DNA of 64,000 bases from Camelus ferus (GCF_009834535.1 NC_045697.1:110362001-110426000), one strand, 5' to 3'; shown: positions 11,501 to 23,741, counted from the stretch's first letter. Made by a program: numbers and translations. Notes: generated by a model not told the origin, from the sequence alone.

Positions 11501-12218
11501 ATAAAATTGAAGTGTTTCAAAAGTCTTGTTGAATGAAGTTTCTCTTCTTTTGTCTAGGTCTCTGGAGCCAAACTTCAGGAATTATTGTAATAATTGATTA
11601 TGATCTTAAAAGAACACAGTTGCTTCTCCAAAACATATTGCCTTATCAATTACTCTTCTGATTTTTCTATGTAGTATGTTTTCAAAGATAACTAATCTGC
11701 TTTTTTTTTTGTCTTAAAGAAACACAAAAACAATCTTCAAGGAAAACTACATTAAACCACTGCTCTGCTTATTATGAACAAATAGCAGTAAATTAACAAT
11801 TCGATTGAACAATTCTTATCATATGAGTGTTCTATTAACTAGCATTAACTATCGCAAGGCTTTGCAGCAGCAAAGGTGGGAAATATTTCTTCTCTTTGAA
11901 AAAAAAAAAGCTGCAAAAGTAAGCTACAGTTGTAGCTGCTTCCCCTCTGGATTTATACGCTTTGGTCTAGCTAAGTCTCCCTCTTAGGGTCACGTTACCC
12001 TGCACCCTTGAGTTGCAGCTTCAGGCCCATCTAGGAATTTGCTTCCATGAGCTTATAAAGCCAACCGTGTGTGAGAATGTGAACACAGCTGACGCAGAGC
12101 TGAAAGCTCATGGTGGAATAAACTCCAGAGAGAAAACCAGAAGAGGAAATAAAGGAGGCCATACCTGAACTGTGCCCACCACACTCAGGACCAGGCAGAA
12201 GATCCTCACGGAAAACAT
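4805..12218 (-). CDS. FGA: Fibrinogen alpha chain gene, full coding span. A-alpha = join(12165-12218,10130-10261,9481-9664,8255-8400,6225-7649), 646 aa; alpha-E uses 6269-7649 plus 4805-5514, 868 aa
   Basis: Signal peptide, fibrinopeptide A/GPR thrombin site, CPSGC and CKGSC disulfide rings, alphaC repeats and a terminal FReD exon; all introns are GT-AG and phases are consistent. Confidence 0.98.
5612..5692. repeat. (CCTT)n/(CCTG)n microsatellite in FGA intron 5
   Basis: Visible tandem ccttccttcctt and gccttcct. Confidence 0.85.
6020..6262 (-). mobile_element. LINE-2 3' end overlapping the FGA A-alpha C-terminal codons and 3'UTR
   Basis: ttcatttaacacgtatttattg...ctaggcacttgggaataca...gtccttgcccccatggaacttacagtct...gtgataaagggctatgga...ggtcagggaaggcttcc resembles the L2 3' consensus in the same order. 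Confidence 0.75.
6040..6045 (-). terminator. FGA: PolyA signal AATAAA of the major A-alpha mRNA
   Basis: tttatt on the + strand, ~180 nt downstream of the exon 5 stop. Confidence 0.75.
6225..7649 (-). CDS. FGA: FGA exon 5 ([14 protein letters not shown]..., alphaC connector and domain; A-alpha stop TAG at 6227-6225; internal alpha-E donor after 6269)
   Basis: 474-aa open frame after the AG at 7651-7650; alphaC Cys pair RRSCS...SDCG; AG|GTATCC internal donor. Confidence 0.97.
   Translation of the reverse strand: MDIDIKIRSCKGSCSRVLEHKVDLKDYEDQQKQLEQVIGINLLPSRDRQYLPLIKMNPVPNLIPGNFKSQLQEAPPEWKALMETRQLKMVLERSGGAGHARGDSVPHGAGSVPESPRKPGTGSAGSVSPGSYGPGSAGAWTHGSPEPGSAGAWTHGSPEPGSAGAWTHGSPEPGSAGAWTHGSPQPGSAGAWTHGSPEPGSAGAWTHGSPQPGSAGAWTHGSSGSPSFRPDSSGHGHTKPFNPDWGTFKEVSGSVSPGTKKEFHTGKLVTSKGDKELLISNEKVASGHTTTTRRSCSRIVTKTVTNADGRTETVKEVINSEDGSDCGDTSLDLHHAFPSRGSLDEFFHRRTDEAASTRDTFPDFFSPVLKEMGSKIGSEFATSGLGDTSSHHPGVPDSSSSGKTSSRKQFVTSSMTINRGGSTTESKSFKMVDEAESEEDLDFKGAHASKRVLAKPRFGRGIHTSPLGKPSLTP
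6984..7250 (-). repeat. Coding minisatellite, ~7 x 39 bp (13 aa, P[E/Q][11 protein letters not shown]) in the alphaC connector
   Basis: Unit acttccatgggtccaagcgccggcacttccgggct(c/g)agg starts at 6984, 7023, 7062, 7101, 7140, 7179, 7218. Confidence 0.98.
8255..8400 (-). CDS. FGA: FGA exon 4 (coiled coil ...[16 protein letters not shown]...MKRLE)
   Basis: TTTCAG acceptor, GTAAGT donor, 146 nt. Confidence 0.97.
9481..9664 (-). CDS. FGA: FGA exon 3 ([13 protein letters not shown]...LRGDFAKDN)
   Basis: TTTCAG acceptor, GTAAGT donor, 184 nt. Confidence 0.97.
10130..10261 (-). CDS. FGA: FGA exon 2 (T + fibrinopeptide [19 protein letters not shown] + GPR knob ... CSDEDW)
   Basis: AG at 10263-10262, GTGAG donor at 10129, 132 nt in frame. 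Confidence 0.97.
12165..12218 (-). CDS. FGA: FGA exon 1 coding part (signal peptide [18 protein letters not shown])
   Basis: ATG at 12218-12216, 54 nt, GT donor at 12164-12163. Confidence 0.95.
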
Positions 12219-12300
12219 CTTTGCCGAGGGTGGGGCTGGCTCCAGAGGAGCACTCCAGCTGAAAGAAAGGAGGACTGCTCCACTCTGAGTTCCCATCCCA

Positions 12301-12435
12301 TTTAAATCTGCAGGAGGTTTGATTAATCATTATCTTTGTCCCATTTGGACAGTCAACATGCACTCTGCATCCCTTGCTCCTTCTGTAAGGTTGGTGTCCC
12401 GGAAGTTCTTGCTCAATTCCCCAAGCTTGTTTGCT
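12301..12435 (-). promoter_or_regulatory. FGA: FGA proximal promoter: TTTAAA TATA-like box (12301-12306), HNF1 (12322-12334), IL-6/STAT3-type TTCCGGGA (12397-12404), C/EBP ATTGAGCAA (12409-12417), FOXA TGTTTGCT (12428-12435)
   Basis: Motifs read directly upstream of exon 1, in the order expected for a hepatic acute-phase fibrinogen promoter. Confidence 0.75.
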
Positions 12436-13099
12436 TCCGATAAGCTGTTGGAAAGGGAGCAGCAGTTAGGGGAAGATTCCACATTCCAGGAACAGGGTGA
12501 CTTTGGGAAGGCAAAGGGGAACAAAGGAGGACCTCTTTCTACTTGAACAGTAGGAGGAATATAGAGGCAGGCTGGCTATAGCCCACCGTGAAGCAGAGTT
12601 TTGACAACTGAGATTTCACTTTGTGCAGGAATTATGATTGGATGACCTGACTTTTGAAAACTGACTGTGGTGACGGGCTGACCCTGAAAGTCTTCTATAA
12701 GCTTACCGTGAAAAGATTATTCTCCTCCATCCAAAATGGTTAAGACAGGATGGAGGACTTCGATGAAGGTTAAGATAGAATGGAAGAGCCAAACTTCCTA
12801 GGTTCATAACCCCAGCTACATCACATCCCAGCTCTGCTTTTGGACAAATTGCTTCTTTATGTCTTATTTTTAAAATGGATATAATGCTAACCGACTGCAC
12901 ATGTTTTTATGAAGAATAAATGAGTTAATCCTTGTAAAGCCCTCAGAGCAGTGATTGCCTCATAGTAAGTACTCAGTAAGTGTTAGCAATTGTTGGGGAA
13001 TGAAGTGCCATGGAAAATACCATTTCTTTTGAGTTTCTATGGTCTCAGCCCTGCTAATTTACCTTCCCTGTTCTTCATCTCCACATCACATTTTCTTGG

Positions 13100-13290
13100 C
13101 TGAGTTGCCCAATTTAGTAAATTAAAAAAACCAGAATGGCCAGTTAAATGTGCAAGTCAGATAAACAGCAAACATATTTTAGTGTAAATAAGACCGATGT
13201 AATATACGGGGCCTACTCAATACAAAAAAGTTGTTTTTTATCTGAAATGCATATTTAACAGGACATCCTGTAATTTGTCTGACAACTCTA
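13100..13290. mobile_element. Palindromic MITE, MER53-like hAT DNA transposon
   Basis: Ends gagttgcccaattt / aatttgtctgacaactc; internal inverted arms cagttaaatgtgca..cagataaa / tttatctg..tgcatatttaacag. Confidence 0.75.
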
Positions 13291-14683
13291 CTTTGCCTCA
13301 ACTTCCACTTCCTGTGTGATGCCAACCCTGATCATTGTATAGCAGCCAAAATTTATTGAGTGTTTACTAAGTGCTGGGCACTTTGTTAGACACTCAACAT
13401 AGTGCCAATTTCATGTCTCCCATTGAAAGCAATCTCTTTTTCTTTCGTATTTCCTTAGACCATGTACCACTCACAGCGCTTAGCATCGCAGGAATGTTGT
13501 CCGTCTCCTCCACTGGGTCATAAACTTGAGATTGACATGTTTTATTGGTCTCTACATTCTCCCCAAGAGCTGTGGGCTTTCACTGAGCAAGAAGGCATGG
13601 GTGGGCTCTGCTGATGTGAACCTGGGCCCCCGTCTCCTCAGGCTCGGTGGGCATGTGAAGCTCGCTGTAACGGAGGAGAGGCCTGGTACAAGGCAGCGTC
13701 CTCCTGCAGTGCTTCGTCCTTGGGGGGTCTTGTCTGATCAAACTCACCTCTGATGTGGCTTTCTTGGATTTCTGAAGGCAGCTGCCAAGCTCAGAGAGAG
13801 CCCTAGATTCTGATCCAGGTTCTGGAGGGCAATGAATTCCATGGGAAGCTGGGTTACACATGTCTACAGTGGATGAACTAGCAAAATGCCAGGAATGTAC
13901 AGGAATCCGAGGCTGCCTTCCCCAGAGGTCTTTTTCTGCCCAGAGGAAGCACCCTTCTTGGGGGCAAACATGGTATGTGGGTGAGCTTCAGGTGACTTAG
14001 CTGGCCATGATCTAACTGAGAGTCAGTTAACAGAAAGCAATTTGACTGGATGCCACCACTCTGGTGCCATGTCAGGTGCCACCAGGCACTCTCTGTTCCT
14101 GGACAATACATATTGGAAAGTTACTTGTTTATTTTCTGTCTCTCCCACACTAAGTTTCATGAACCTGAGACACACTGCCTAGTACAAGGACAGGTGCAGA
14201 GGGAGTACTAGGAAGTGTCTGTGGGAGGAATGGAAGGCTGTCACAAGGGCAGCACGATATTGTGGAAGGACAACAGGCTTCTCAGAGACTGAAGTCTGCG
14301 TTCCAGCTAAGTGACATGGACAAGCTAAATTCTCTGAACCATCTGACTTACCTGTAAGATGGGGATGACAATATTTATCTTGCAGGGTTATTGGAAGGAT
14401 TATGTAAAGTGTGAGGATATGTAACATGTTTGATAGGAACATTACAAACCCCAGAAATGGCAGCTTTTATTGTTTCTAGAATGTTCCAATGCCCTTAAAT
14501 AGAAAATTCCCATGGTCTCTCTTCAGTCCCGGAATTCCCCAACCAGGCACTGAAAGAATGAGCACCAGGCTGGGCTCCTTACCTCCCCAGCAAGCTTTCT
14601 TACAAGCTGTAAAGTAGGTTTTGTTTAGACAGAAAGCCATGCAGATGAATAGGCAACAAATAATACCAGGAATATCATTTTTT

Positions 14684-14815
14684 AATTGAGGTGTAGTTGA
14701 TGTACAATATAATACAAATTTCAGGTTTACAACATAGTGACTCACAATTTCTTAAGGTTATATTCCATTTACAGTTACTATAAAATATTGGCTGTATTCC
14801 TTGTGCTGTACAAAT
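14684..14815 (-). mobile_element. Short LINE-1 3' fragment, different subfamily from its neighbour
   Basis: ttttaattgaggtgtagttgatgtacaatat...tcaggtttacaacatagtga, typical of a reversed L1 tail. Confidence 0.75.
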
Positions 14816-14835
14816 TAAAGGGGTATCATAATTTT

Positions 14836-16253
14836 GGTTTAAAATTTTTTTATCAAAGAATAGTCCATTTACAATGTTGTGTCAGTTTCTGGTGTGCAAC
14901 ATAATGGTTCAGTCATACATATACATACATACATTCCTTTTCATATTCTTTTTCATTATAGGTTACTACAAGATATTGAATATGGTTCCCTGTGCTATAC
15001 AGTAGAAACTTGTTGTTTGTCTATTTTATGTATAGTGGTTAATGTCTGCAAATCTCAAAAACTCAATTTATCCCTCCCCACCCTCTTTCCTCCCTGGCAA
15101 CCATAAGTTTGTTTTCTATGTCTGTGAGTTTGTTTCTGTGTTGTAAATAAGTTCATTTGTCTCTCTCTCTCTTTTTTATTCCACATATGAGTGATATAAT
15201 ATGGTATTTTTCTTTTTCTTTCTAGCTTTCTTCACTTAGAATGACAATTTCCAGGTCCATCCATATTGCTGCACTGGCATTATTTTATTCTTCTTTATGG
15301 CTGAATAGTATTTCATTGTATACATATACCAAAACTTCTTTATCCAGTCATCTGTCAATGGACATTTAGGTTGTTTCCATGCCTTGGCTATTGTAAATAG
15401 TGCTGCTATGAACACTGGGGTGCATGCGTCTTTTCAAATTAGAATTCCCTCTGGATATATGCCCAGGAATGGGATTGCTGGATCATATTTTCAGTCTATT
15501 TTTAGGTTTTTAAGAAATCTATATACTGTTTTCCATCGTGGCTGTACCAATTTACATTCCCATCAACAGTGTAGGAGGGTTCCCTGTTCTCCACACCCTC
15601 TCCCACATTAATCATTTGTGGACTTTTGAATGATGACCATTCTGACTGCTGTGAGGTGATACCTCACTAGTTTTGATTTACATTTCTCTGATCATTAGTG
15701 ATATTTAGCATTCTTTCATGTGCCTGTTAGCCATTTGCATGTCTTCATTGGAGAATTGCTTATTTAGGTCTTCTGCCCATTTTTAGATTGGGTTGTTTGT
15801 TTTGTCGTTGTTGTTGTTGTTGTTGTTGTTGTTATTAAGGTGTATGAGCTGTTTGTATATTCTGGAAATTAAGCCTTTGTCAGTTGCATCACTTGCAAAT
15901 ATTTTCTCCCATTCTGTAGGTTGTCATTTTGTTTTGCTTATGGTTCCCTTTGCTGTGCAAAAGCTTATAAGTTTAATTAGGTGCCATTTACTTATTTTTG
16001 CTTCTATTTCCATTGCTTGGGTAGACTGCTCTAGGAGAACATTGCTAAGATTTATGTCAGAGAATGCTTTGTCTATGCTTTCTTCTGGGAGGTTTATAGA
16101 GTCTTGTCTTTTGTTTAAATCTTAAAGCCAGTTTGAGTTTATTTCTGTGTATGTTGTGAAGGAGTGTTTTACTTCTCTGATTTACATGTGAGTGTCCAGC
16201 TTTCCCAACACTGCTTGCTGAAGAGACTGTCTTTTCATCACTGTATATTTTTG
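14836..16253 (-). mobile_element. ~1.4-kb LINE-1 3' portion (ORF2 end + 3'UTR) with internal (TTG)n
   Basis: Antisense L1 text (ggctattgtaaatagtgctgctatgaacactggggtgcatg...); homologous to 3241-4050. Confidence 0.92.
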
Positions 16254-16835
16254 CAGGAGTATCATTTTTTAAAGCATGTGATAATAAGGATATCTTTGCA
16301 AATGTAAAAACAGAAAGAAATTGAGAATTTTTCCGTTTCTTAAACCATAACCTCTGTGAATTACATTTTTTCCCCAGAGATGACTATATCCTGTTTTCTT
16401 TAGCTCTACTAAGAGAAGTGTTTCATGCATTTATCCCTTGAAATTAATATAATTTTCCACAAATTACAAGTCTTTAAATGCAAGGATTCACATGTTTCTT
16501 ATGCCATCACATCTGGCAGGACTGGAATAGCTTTTATTTATATGATATATAATGTATGTAAAAAGAATAGAGTTTCTGTAGCTGTAATTATGCTTCACTT
16601 TTAAACTGAATCTACACGTCAAAACTTACACATGAGAGCAAAATGTGTAGCCAGTCTTCTAAATATTTGCCACTGAGTAAACATAACTTAAAAATACAAA
16701 AAAAAAAACCCCAAAAAACAAAATAACCCTCAGTTTTCTTTTAAATGGGATATTTGACCTTCCCACGGCTACATGCCAGGAGCATTGGAGAACATCCCTT
16801 TCTTTAATAACTCATTTTTTTGTTCATTTGTTTGT

Positions 16836-17075
16836 TTTATTGAAGTATAGTGGATTTAGAATGTTGTGTTAATTTCTGGTGTGTAGCATCGTGATTCATT
16901 CATACATATATCTATATGTTCCTTTTCATATTCTTTTTCACTTATAGGCTATGACAAGGTATTGAACATAGTTCCCTGTTCCATACAGTAGGACCTTTTT
17001 GTTTATCTATTTTATATATAGTAGTTCGTATCTACAAATCCCAAACTCCCAATATATTCCTCCCCACCCCCTTTC
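16836..17075 (-). mobile_element. LINE-1 3'UTR fragment
   Basis: Reverse complement of the shared L1 tail seen at 26737, 42322 and 58889. Confidence 0.85.
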
Positions 17076-18429
17076 CAATTTATTTTAAATGTATTGAATT
17101 CTGAGGACTGTTTACTCGCTTATTCATTTGTTCGACTACAACAGGCATTTATTTTGTGTCTGTTTGTCAGTCCTGCATGCTATGTCCTTGAGAGAGAAAG
17201 GCAAATAATGGATAGTTTGTACATTCAAGTTATTTATAATTGGGGAGCAAATAAATACATATGCAGCTAAAAAGTTAAACTATATAAAATTGCCATTTTT
17301 GTAGATCAAAATGATGGATGTCTGCAATTTCATATGGTTTAAGCTAATACAAAACAATGAAGAAGATTCTGTGAGGTAAGTTCAAAGTGCTTTTTTAAAT
17401 AGAGCAGAGAGTGAAATACTATTTTTGCTTTGCTTTCTGTTACATTTTGTGTAAAATGTTCCTTAAAATATCAGATTTAATTCAGGTCTAAAAATGAAAG
17501 ATGTTTTTGGAAAATACTCACTGTGTCTTTTGACTTAAAATCTATATGAATATGCATTTTTATATAAATAAAATATACAATGTATATATTATTGTATATT
17601 ATTGTATATGAATAAATATGTATTTATTATATAACAAATATACAGATTCATTGTCCTAATAACAAGAAGATAATGGTATTTTGATAGGAAATATTTTATT
17701 AAAGTGATACTGCATGCACCATTGGAAAGTGCCAAAATTAATTTCTCAGTTTTGAAATGCCTAAATTATTAAAATGTAGGCAGTTCTGACACTTACAATA
17801 CTCTTTCAGGGCCTCTGCCTCAGGTTTTTACAGCGGTGACTGATCTGTAAAAGATTCACTGGAAAACATTGGCAAGGCTACTTAGCTTTGTGTCTCTTAT
17901 TGTCTCTACTTGTTTCCTGCATTTCCAAAGTATTACAAAAGTTTGTTTTTAACCAATCTGCTTACGGTGAAAGGTGAATGAGTTAGTATGATGATCTAGC
18001 TGAGAGTGACTAACAGGATTTTTACTTTCAGAACTCATCAGTGCCTTGACTCGAGATGGGTTCCCTGGACACTGTAGCTGTGGAAAGAAGATGGACGATT
18101 CTGTGTATTCCCTTAAAAACGCAGAAATAATTCTGAACTGTGCTTAGGAAAGTGAGGAGGGAAAAAAAAAGTTTTTCAGTCTTTCCTGATCCTATCACAC
18201 AGCACTTCTCTTTAATCTCCTTCATCAGGAAAGAAATCTGCTTTATTTCTGATAACTAAGCTATCCCCAGGTTAATTGCCATGTAACTGAATAATTTTTT
18301 AGCATTTTTGGAATTAAATTCTGTGGTGTTTCAATTAATAGAAAAATCATTCTCTTTTTTTTATCCTTATGTACAATTTTTGTGGCCTTTTACTTAAGCA
18401 CTTTTAATCACGTTTCCACTAAATAGTTA

Positions 18430-18444
18430 TGTGTGAGTGTGTGA

Positions 18445-18476
<32 letters not shown>

Positions 18477-18490
18477 TGATAGAGAGAGAG
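18430..18490. repeat. (TG)n/(AG)n microsatellite
   Basis: Visible dinucleotide run. Confidence 0.9.
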
Positions 18491-19319
18491 GTGAAAGTGA
18501 GGTTCTTGGGTTTTTCCTTCTGCTTTATTTCTTTTTGTTTTTAACTGCATTACCAATGAAAGAATTCATTTTTCAAGATAAATTGATTTTACTTATAATG
18601 TGCTTTCCTAAATTTTTCTGGATTTATCAGTACTTGTGTTGAACATGTATTAAAGTATAAATGCTATTTTTTAAAAGTAAAATCATTATGAAGATGAAAA
18701 ATCAAGTGATGTATTAATATCCACAATATGTCAACAACAGAAGTTCATTCTAATGTCGCAGATCTTAAATCCATTTACTTTGGCACACTTCTCTGCTGGT
18801 TTCACTGTGGTTCTTAAAGATTAGCAAATCTGATCAATTGGTATTTATGTAATAGTGATGTATTGTGATCTTGGGAAATAGTCTCTGTAAGGTATTTAGA
18901 TATTCCACAGCAAAGAATCATATGAAAAGTATGTGGTATTACCTTGTGGTATTACTTGGTAATTACCAAGATCCATTTAATTCTCTGTGATTCTGTTTGA
19001 AACCTATTTTTAATAGACAATTCTGTAGTAAAACCAAGGCAATTTAAGGAAGGCATTTGGGTAAAATTTTGCTTAGATAAAATTCAACAAAAAATCATTG
19101 AGCATAACAGCACAGAAATGCAAACTGAGGGACATTTTAACATACTTGCCCAGTATACCAGAATATACTTCTCTAAACAGTCAAGGTCATGAGAAACAGG
19201 GATAGACTAAGAAACTGTTACCAAAGCTGACTAAGGAGATGTAACAACTAAGCGTCATGCTGTATCCTGGGTAAGATCCTGGAACAGAAAAAGGATATTT
19301 GCATAAACTGCTGAAATCT

Positions 19320-19905
19320 CACAGCAGCACTACTTACAATAGCCAAGAGATGGAAACAACCTAAATGTCCATTGACAGATAATTGGATAAAGAAGTTGTG
19401 TTATATTTATACAATGGAATACTACTCAGACATAAAAAAGAATAAAATAGTGCCATTTGCAGCAAAATGGATGGACCTGGAGATTGTCATTCTAAGTGAA
19501 GTAAGCCAGAAAGAAAAAGAAAAATACCATATTATATCACTCATATGTGAAATCTAAAAACAACAACAACAACAACAAAAAACAAAAGACAGAAATGAAC
19601 TTAGTTACAAAGCAGAAACAGACTCATAGACATAGAAAACCAACTTATGGTTACCACTGGGGGAAGGAGATGGGAAGGGGTAAATTGGGAATTTGAGATT
19701 TGCAGATATTAACCACTATTTATAAAATAAACAACAAGTTTCTACTGTATAGCACAGGGAACTAAATTCAGTATCTTGTAGTAACCTATAATGAAAATGA
19801 ATATGAAAATGAATATACGTATGTACATGTGTTACTGAAACCTTATACTGTACACCAGAAATTGACACAAAATTATAAACAGATTACACTTCAAAAAAAA
19901 AAAAA
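19320..19905 (+). mobile_element. LINE-1 3' end with TSD, nested in an older L1-like fragment (~19140-20110)
   Basis: PolyA tail; TSD-like aaactgctgaaatct (~19305-19319) / aaactggtgaaacct (~19906-19920). Confidence 0.9.
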
Positions 19906-20689
19906 AAACTGGTGAAACCTGAATAAAGTGTAAAGTTAGGAAAGAGTGACTACTAGCATTGGTTTCTTAATTTTGACCAATGAGCCATGGTCATGCCAGA
20001 TGTTAACATGAAAGGAATTGGGTGATGGATACAGGGAACTCTCAGTAGTATCTTTATAACTTCTCTGCAAATAAAAAAATTATTCTGAAATTAAAATTTT
20101 CTTAAAAAAATAAAAGCGAAAAAATTAAAGTTTTAAAATTATGTTTCCAGACTTAACTGACATTAGAGTCAAACCTCATGTAGCTATGCCAATCTTAATA
20201 ACAAAAGACAATTCAGTTTTGTTTTTGTCTCTGGGGCAATTTTGTATATGATCTCATTTGACACTTACCGCAGCTTTATGATATAAAGAGAGTGAATTGG
20301 GAAGGAAAATATTTCCAGTCCAAAGTCTCTTCCATGTTAGGTCATTTTCCCTAAGTCACACTTTAACTATTTGTCCCTGAGGATTTGAAAGAGGCCACTT
20401 TCATCCCAAAGTGGAATCTGCCCTCCTCTGTTTATTCAGGGAGAGTCAACATGTGGGTTTATTTAGAGAGGATTCCCATCTATCTCAGGTTACTTCATGC
20501 TTTTAAGTTACCAGCAGAAGAAAACCTGAGTGCGGAGCAGGGGGATGGGAGACAGGGCCAAGAATACTGGATTTTGGACTTGGAAAAGACAGTTTTGACC
20601 CAGTTATACTCTTGATTAAATGTCACGATCTGAATTTATCTGTTTGGATTTCCAGATATTTTTAGTGAAAATTGGGACGAACAAGAGCT

Positions 20690-20965
20690 TGAAATTGCAC
20701 CAGTCAGTCTTCCCAAAAGGCTTTCAAACCTGACGCAGAGGCGTGTTCTACAAGCCAGCAGTCAAATCTGGTATCAGTGCTTGTAACAGGCCACGGCTAC
20801 AGTGCCATTCGGGCCAAAGCTCATGTTTACAAGGCCAGTCACTGTCTATCTTGTTTGTTCTTTTTCCTTCTTAAAGGAGAAAATGGCAATAGTCTTCTTG
20901 CATGCAGCTCATTATTGGAGAGTGGTTATGATTTAGGTGCACTTTGATGGGGTCAATTAATTCTC
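20690..20965. promoter_or_regulatory. Candidate hepatic enhancer between FGA and FGG
   Basis: DR1/HNF4 GGGCCAAAGCTCA (20811-20823) abutting FOXA TGTTTAC (20824-20830), a second FOXA-like TGTTTGT, HNF4-like TGCACTTTG (~20938) and C/EBP-like GAAATTGCA, in non-repetitive DNA. Confidence 0.5.
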
Positions 20966-21153
20966 TGATAATTCCTGTGTCCCAGAGTAATTTCTGACTC
21001 TCTCTCTCTCAAGGATCAGTATTATCAAAATTATGCTCTCAGATTTAAAAAGCACAAGCTCTGGAACCAAATAAAATTCACTTTATGTCTTAGGTTCAAA
21101 AGGAAATCAAAAGTTACAAAATACTCAGACTGCAAGTATAATGAGGACCTTAG

Positions 21154-21466
21154 CAGTGCTTCTTAAGGTATTTGTGCTAAAGGACCAGTTTTATTAAATT
21201 TTTAATCTGTCACAGACCTATTAGATTATAAAATGCAATAAAAATGATGACTAGTAAGATAAAATGTTAAAAAGCAAGGATATACAAAATATAGGCCCCT
21301 ATTTTTGTTATTAGATTCCAAGGACATATAATTACATTTGAATAAATATAATCATCATATACATAATACAGGGAAAATGTTTCTACACGCTAATTCTCAA
21401 TTTTTTACTTATCCTAATGCTGACTGGAAACACAGAATTTGGGGATCAGCATTCTGAGTAACACTG
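21154..21466. mobile_element. hAT-Charlie-like non-autonomous DNA transposon
   Basis: Terminal inverted repeats CAGTGCTTCTTA / TGAGTAACACTG. Confidence 0.6.
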
Positions 21467-23741
21467 ATTTATAGCACAGTGACATTTACATAATTTAAAA
21501 ATACATAAAACAAAAAAACCAATCCATGATTTATAAGAATATGCACAAATAAGGAAACATTCATCAAATCTAGTACAATGATTGTTTATTAAGGGATTCT
21601 TAAAGGGAAGAAAAGAAAGTTTGAATAAAAGAGACTCGATCGATGAAGAGTGACCCAGCACAGACGAACGTGAATATGGTGTGTTAAAAGTACGACTAAC
21701 ACAAGTTCTGCCTCTGGACACACACACACACAAGGAAACGGTATATGAAACAGTCTTTCCCACACTCTTGGTCTCTTTGTCATTAACTTAGTATTTTCCA
21801 TCTACATGAACTCATACCACCATCAAGTCTCTTTTCTCCATTCTTTTTGAGCTGCATCAAACTGATAAGAAATCATCAGTTGATTTATTTTCTCCAGGGT
21901 TAAATGTGTACTTTGTTTTTCACTCTGGTCATCTGAATACGCCGTGGATAGCTGCTATATATACTTTGGCTAGTTTATTACTGATCAGAGTTAAGAGTTA
22001 AGACATTTAGATCTTGTAAGTTCTCAAATACGTTGTCTATACTTGCACGTCTTCATTTCCCACTCACTTTCAACCTCCTCGTGAATCTGAAACATGATCC
22101 TTAAAGCCAAACTACTGAACGTACGAAGAATTTTTTAAAACCAAAGCTATAGCACTTCAGAAGTATATTTGAAAATCTCGACAGTTGTCCAGTAAATGAT
22201 TACTCCTGCCTGCTAGCTTAAAGAACTCTGCCCCGTGGTTCGTGACCTGAAGTCATGGTATCAGTGCCTCTGTACCAGCACCTTCCTTTTTGGAAGCTTC
22301 TCTCTGTGGGTTTTTTCAAAGTGTGTGACCATGCACATTTGCTTTGTATTTAGCCTCCCTCTTTTGCAGTGACCTGAGTTTCATGTGCCCAGGAAAGGAA
22401 AGAGAAGTGCTAGGTAATAGTTACCTGTGATTTGAGCTGTGCAGAAAAGTAATCTGTCTCTACGAGGCTCCAAGCTCGCTGTTTCACTTAAAAGTAGATT
22501 TTTTAAAAGTTGATTTATCAAGATAAGCCTTTTAATTTCTATTTTATTTGCAGAGATATGATCCAATTGAGTCTGGAAGTATATCTCTTACTTTATTTCT
22601 TAAGTTATAGCCCTTCAAGGTTCACCACTGAATATAAATAACTAAACAAGTAAGACTTTGATGCTCCTCTGTGCACTTCTACCTCACTGGGGTTTAAAAT
22701 TAACTGCAAAACTAATAACGTACTCATTATAACAAATCAAACAATGGAGAGGTGTAGAAAGAGGATGTTAGAAGTCCCTCCCTAGCAATGCTGGATTACC
22801 CAACACTCGGACCATTTATGTGCTCTGGACACCCACAAAAACAGGGAGCTCCAAAATGCTTATGAAAGAATGTTACAACTGCTATTTTAGAAGAAGCAAT
22901 GGAAAAGTGATCACAGGAAAAATTAGAGACTTTTGGACTTATATTTATTTTGTGCTTAGTATTTTTATTAACTTTTATAGATCAGTTGGGGACTCTATAT
23001 TTATAAATCACATTTCGTAGATCAAATATGTACAAATAGTGCATGTATGTCAAGATTATATTTTGTTCAAAATGCATATGTATAGATACTTTTAACATAG
23101 TTATCATTGTAGAATTGCTTTTCCATCTTTAAATCTTATTTATTACTTTGTAAATATTTCTTTGTCCATACAGAGATATTATGCTTATGATGTAATCATT
23201 GCATTCTTTTCCATTGTACTAGTAAACCACCTTGCTTGTCCATTCTTCCACTGTTAAATACTTTCTAAATGTCCCGCTGTTGTTAAGTATATGACTGTAC
23301 TTGTATTTCTATACATAGCTATTTTCTTTTTCAAAAATAATTTTCTTGGGATATATCACTGGAATGATATTGCATCAAAACTTAATGAATATTTACATAA
23401 CTCTCCCTGTCTATGACTGAATTGCTCACCCAAAGGATTTTATAGATCCTCAGAGGGTAGACATATGCATTTTGAGTTTAGAAGTAGTTTGGAGTATGAT
23501 GAGGTAGGAACAGATAAGGTTGGAGGCAAGATAAAAAACAAGAAGGAGGCATTTGCCACTATCTTGGCAAGAGATGCTATAGATCCCAACTGGAATGGTG
23601 GCAGTGGGTAAGGAGAAGGAAGTGAATATAATAAATGTTTAGGAGGTGGATTTGACAGGCTTAGTGACACGGGGAGGGAGGAATAAGAAAGAATAATTCC
23701 TTTTTTTGAAACTTGAGAACTGGATGGAATAGAACAGTATT

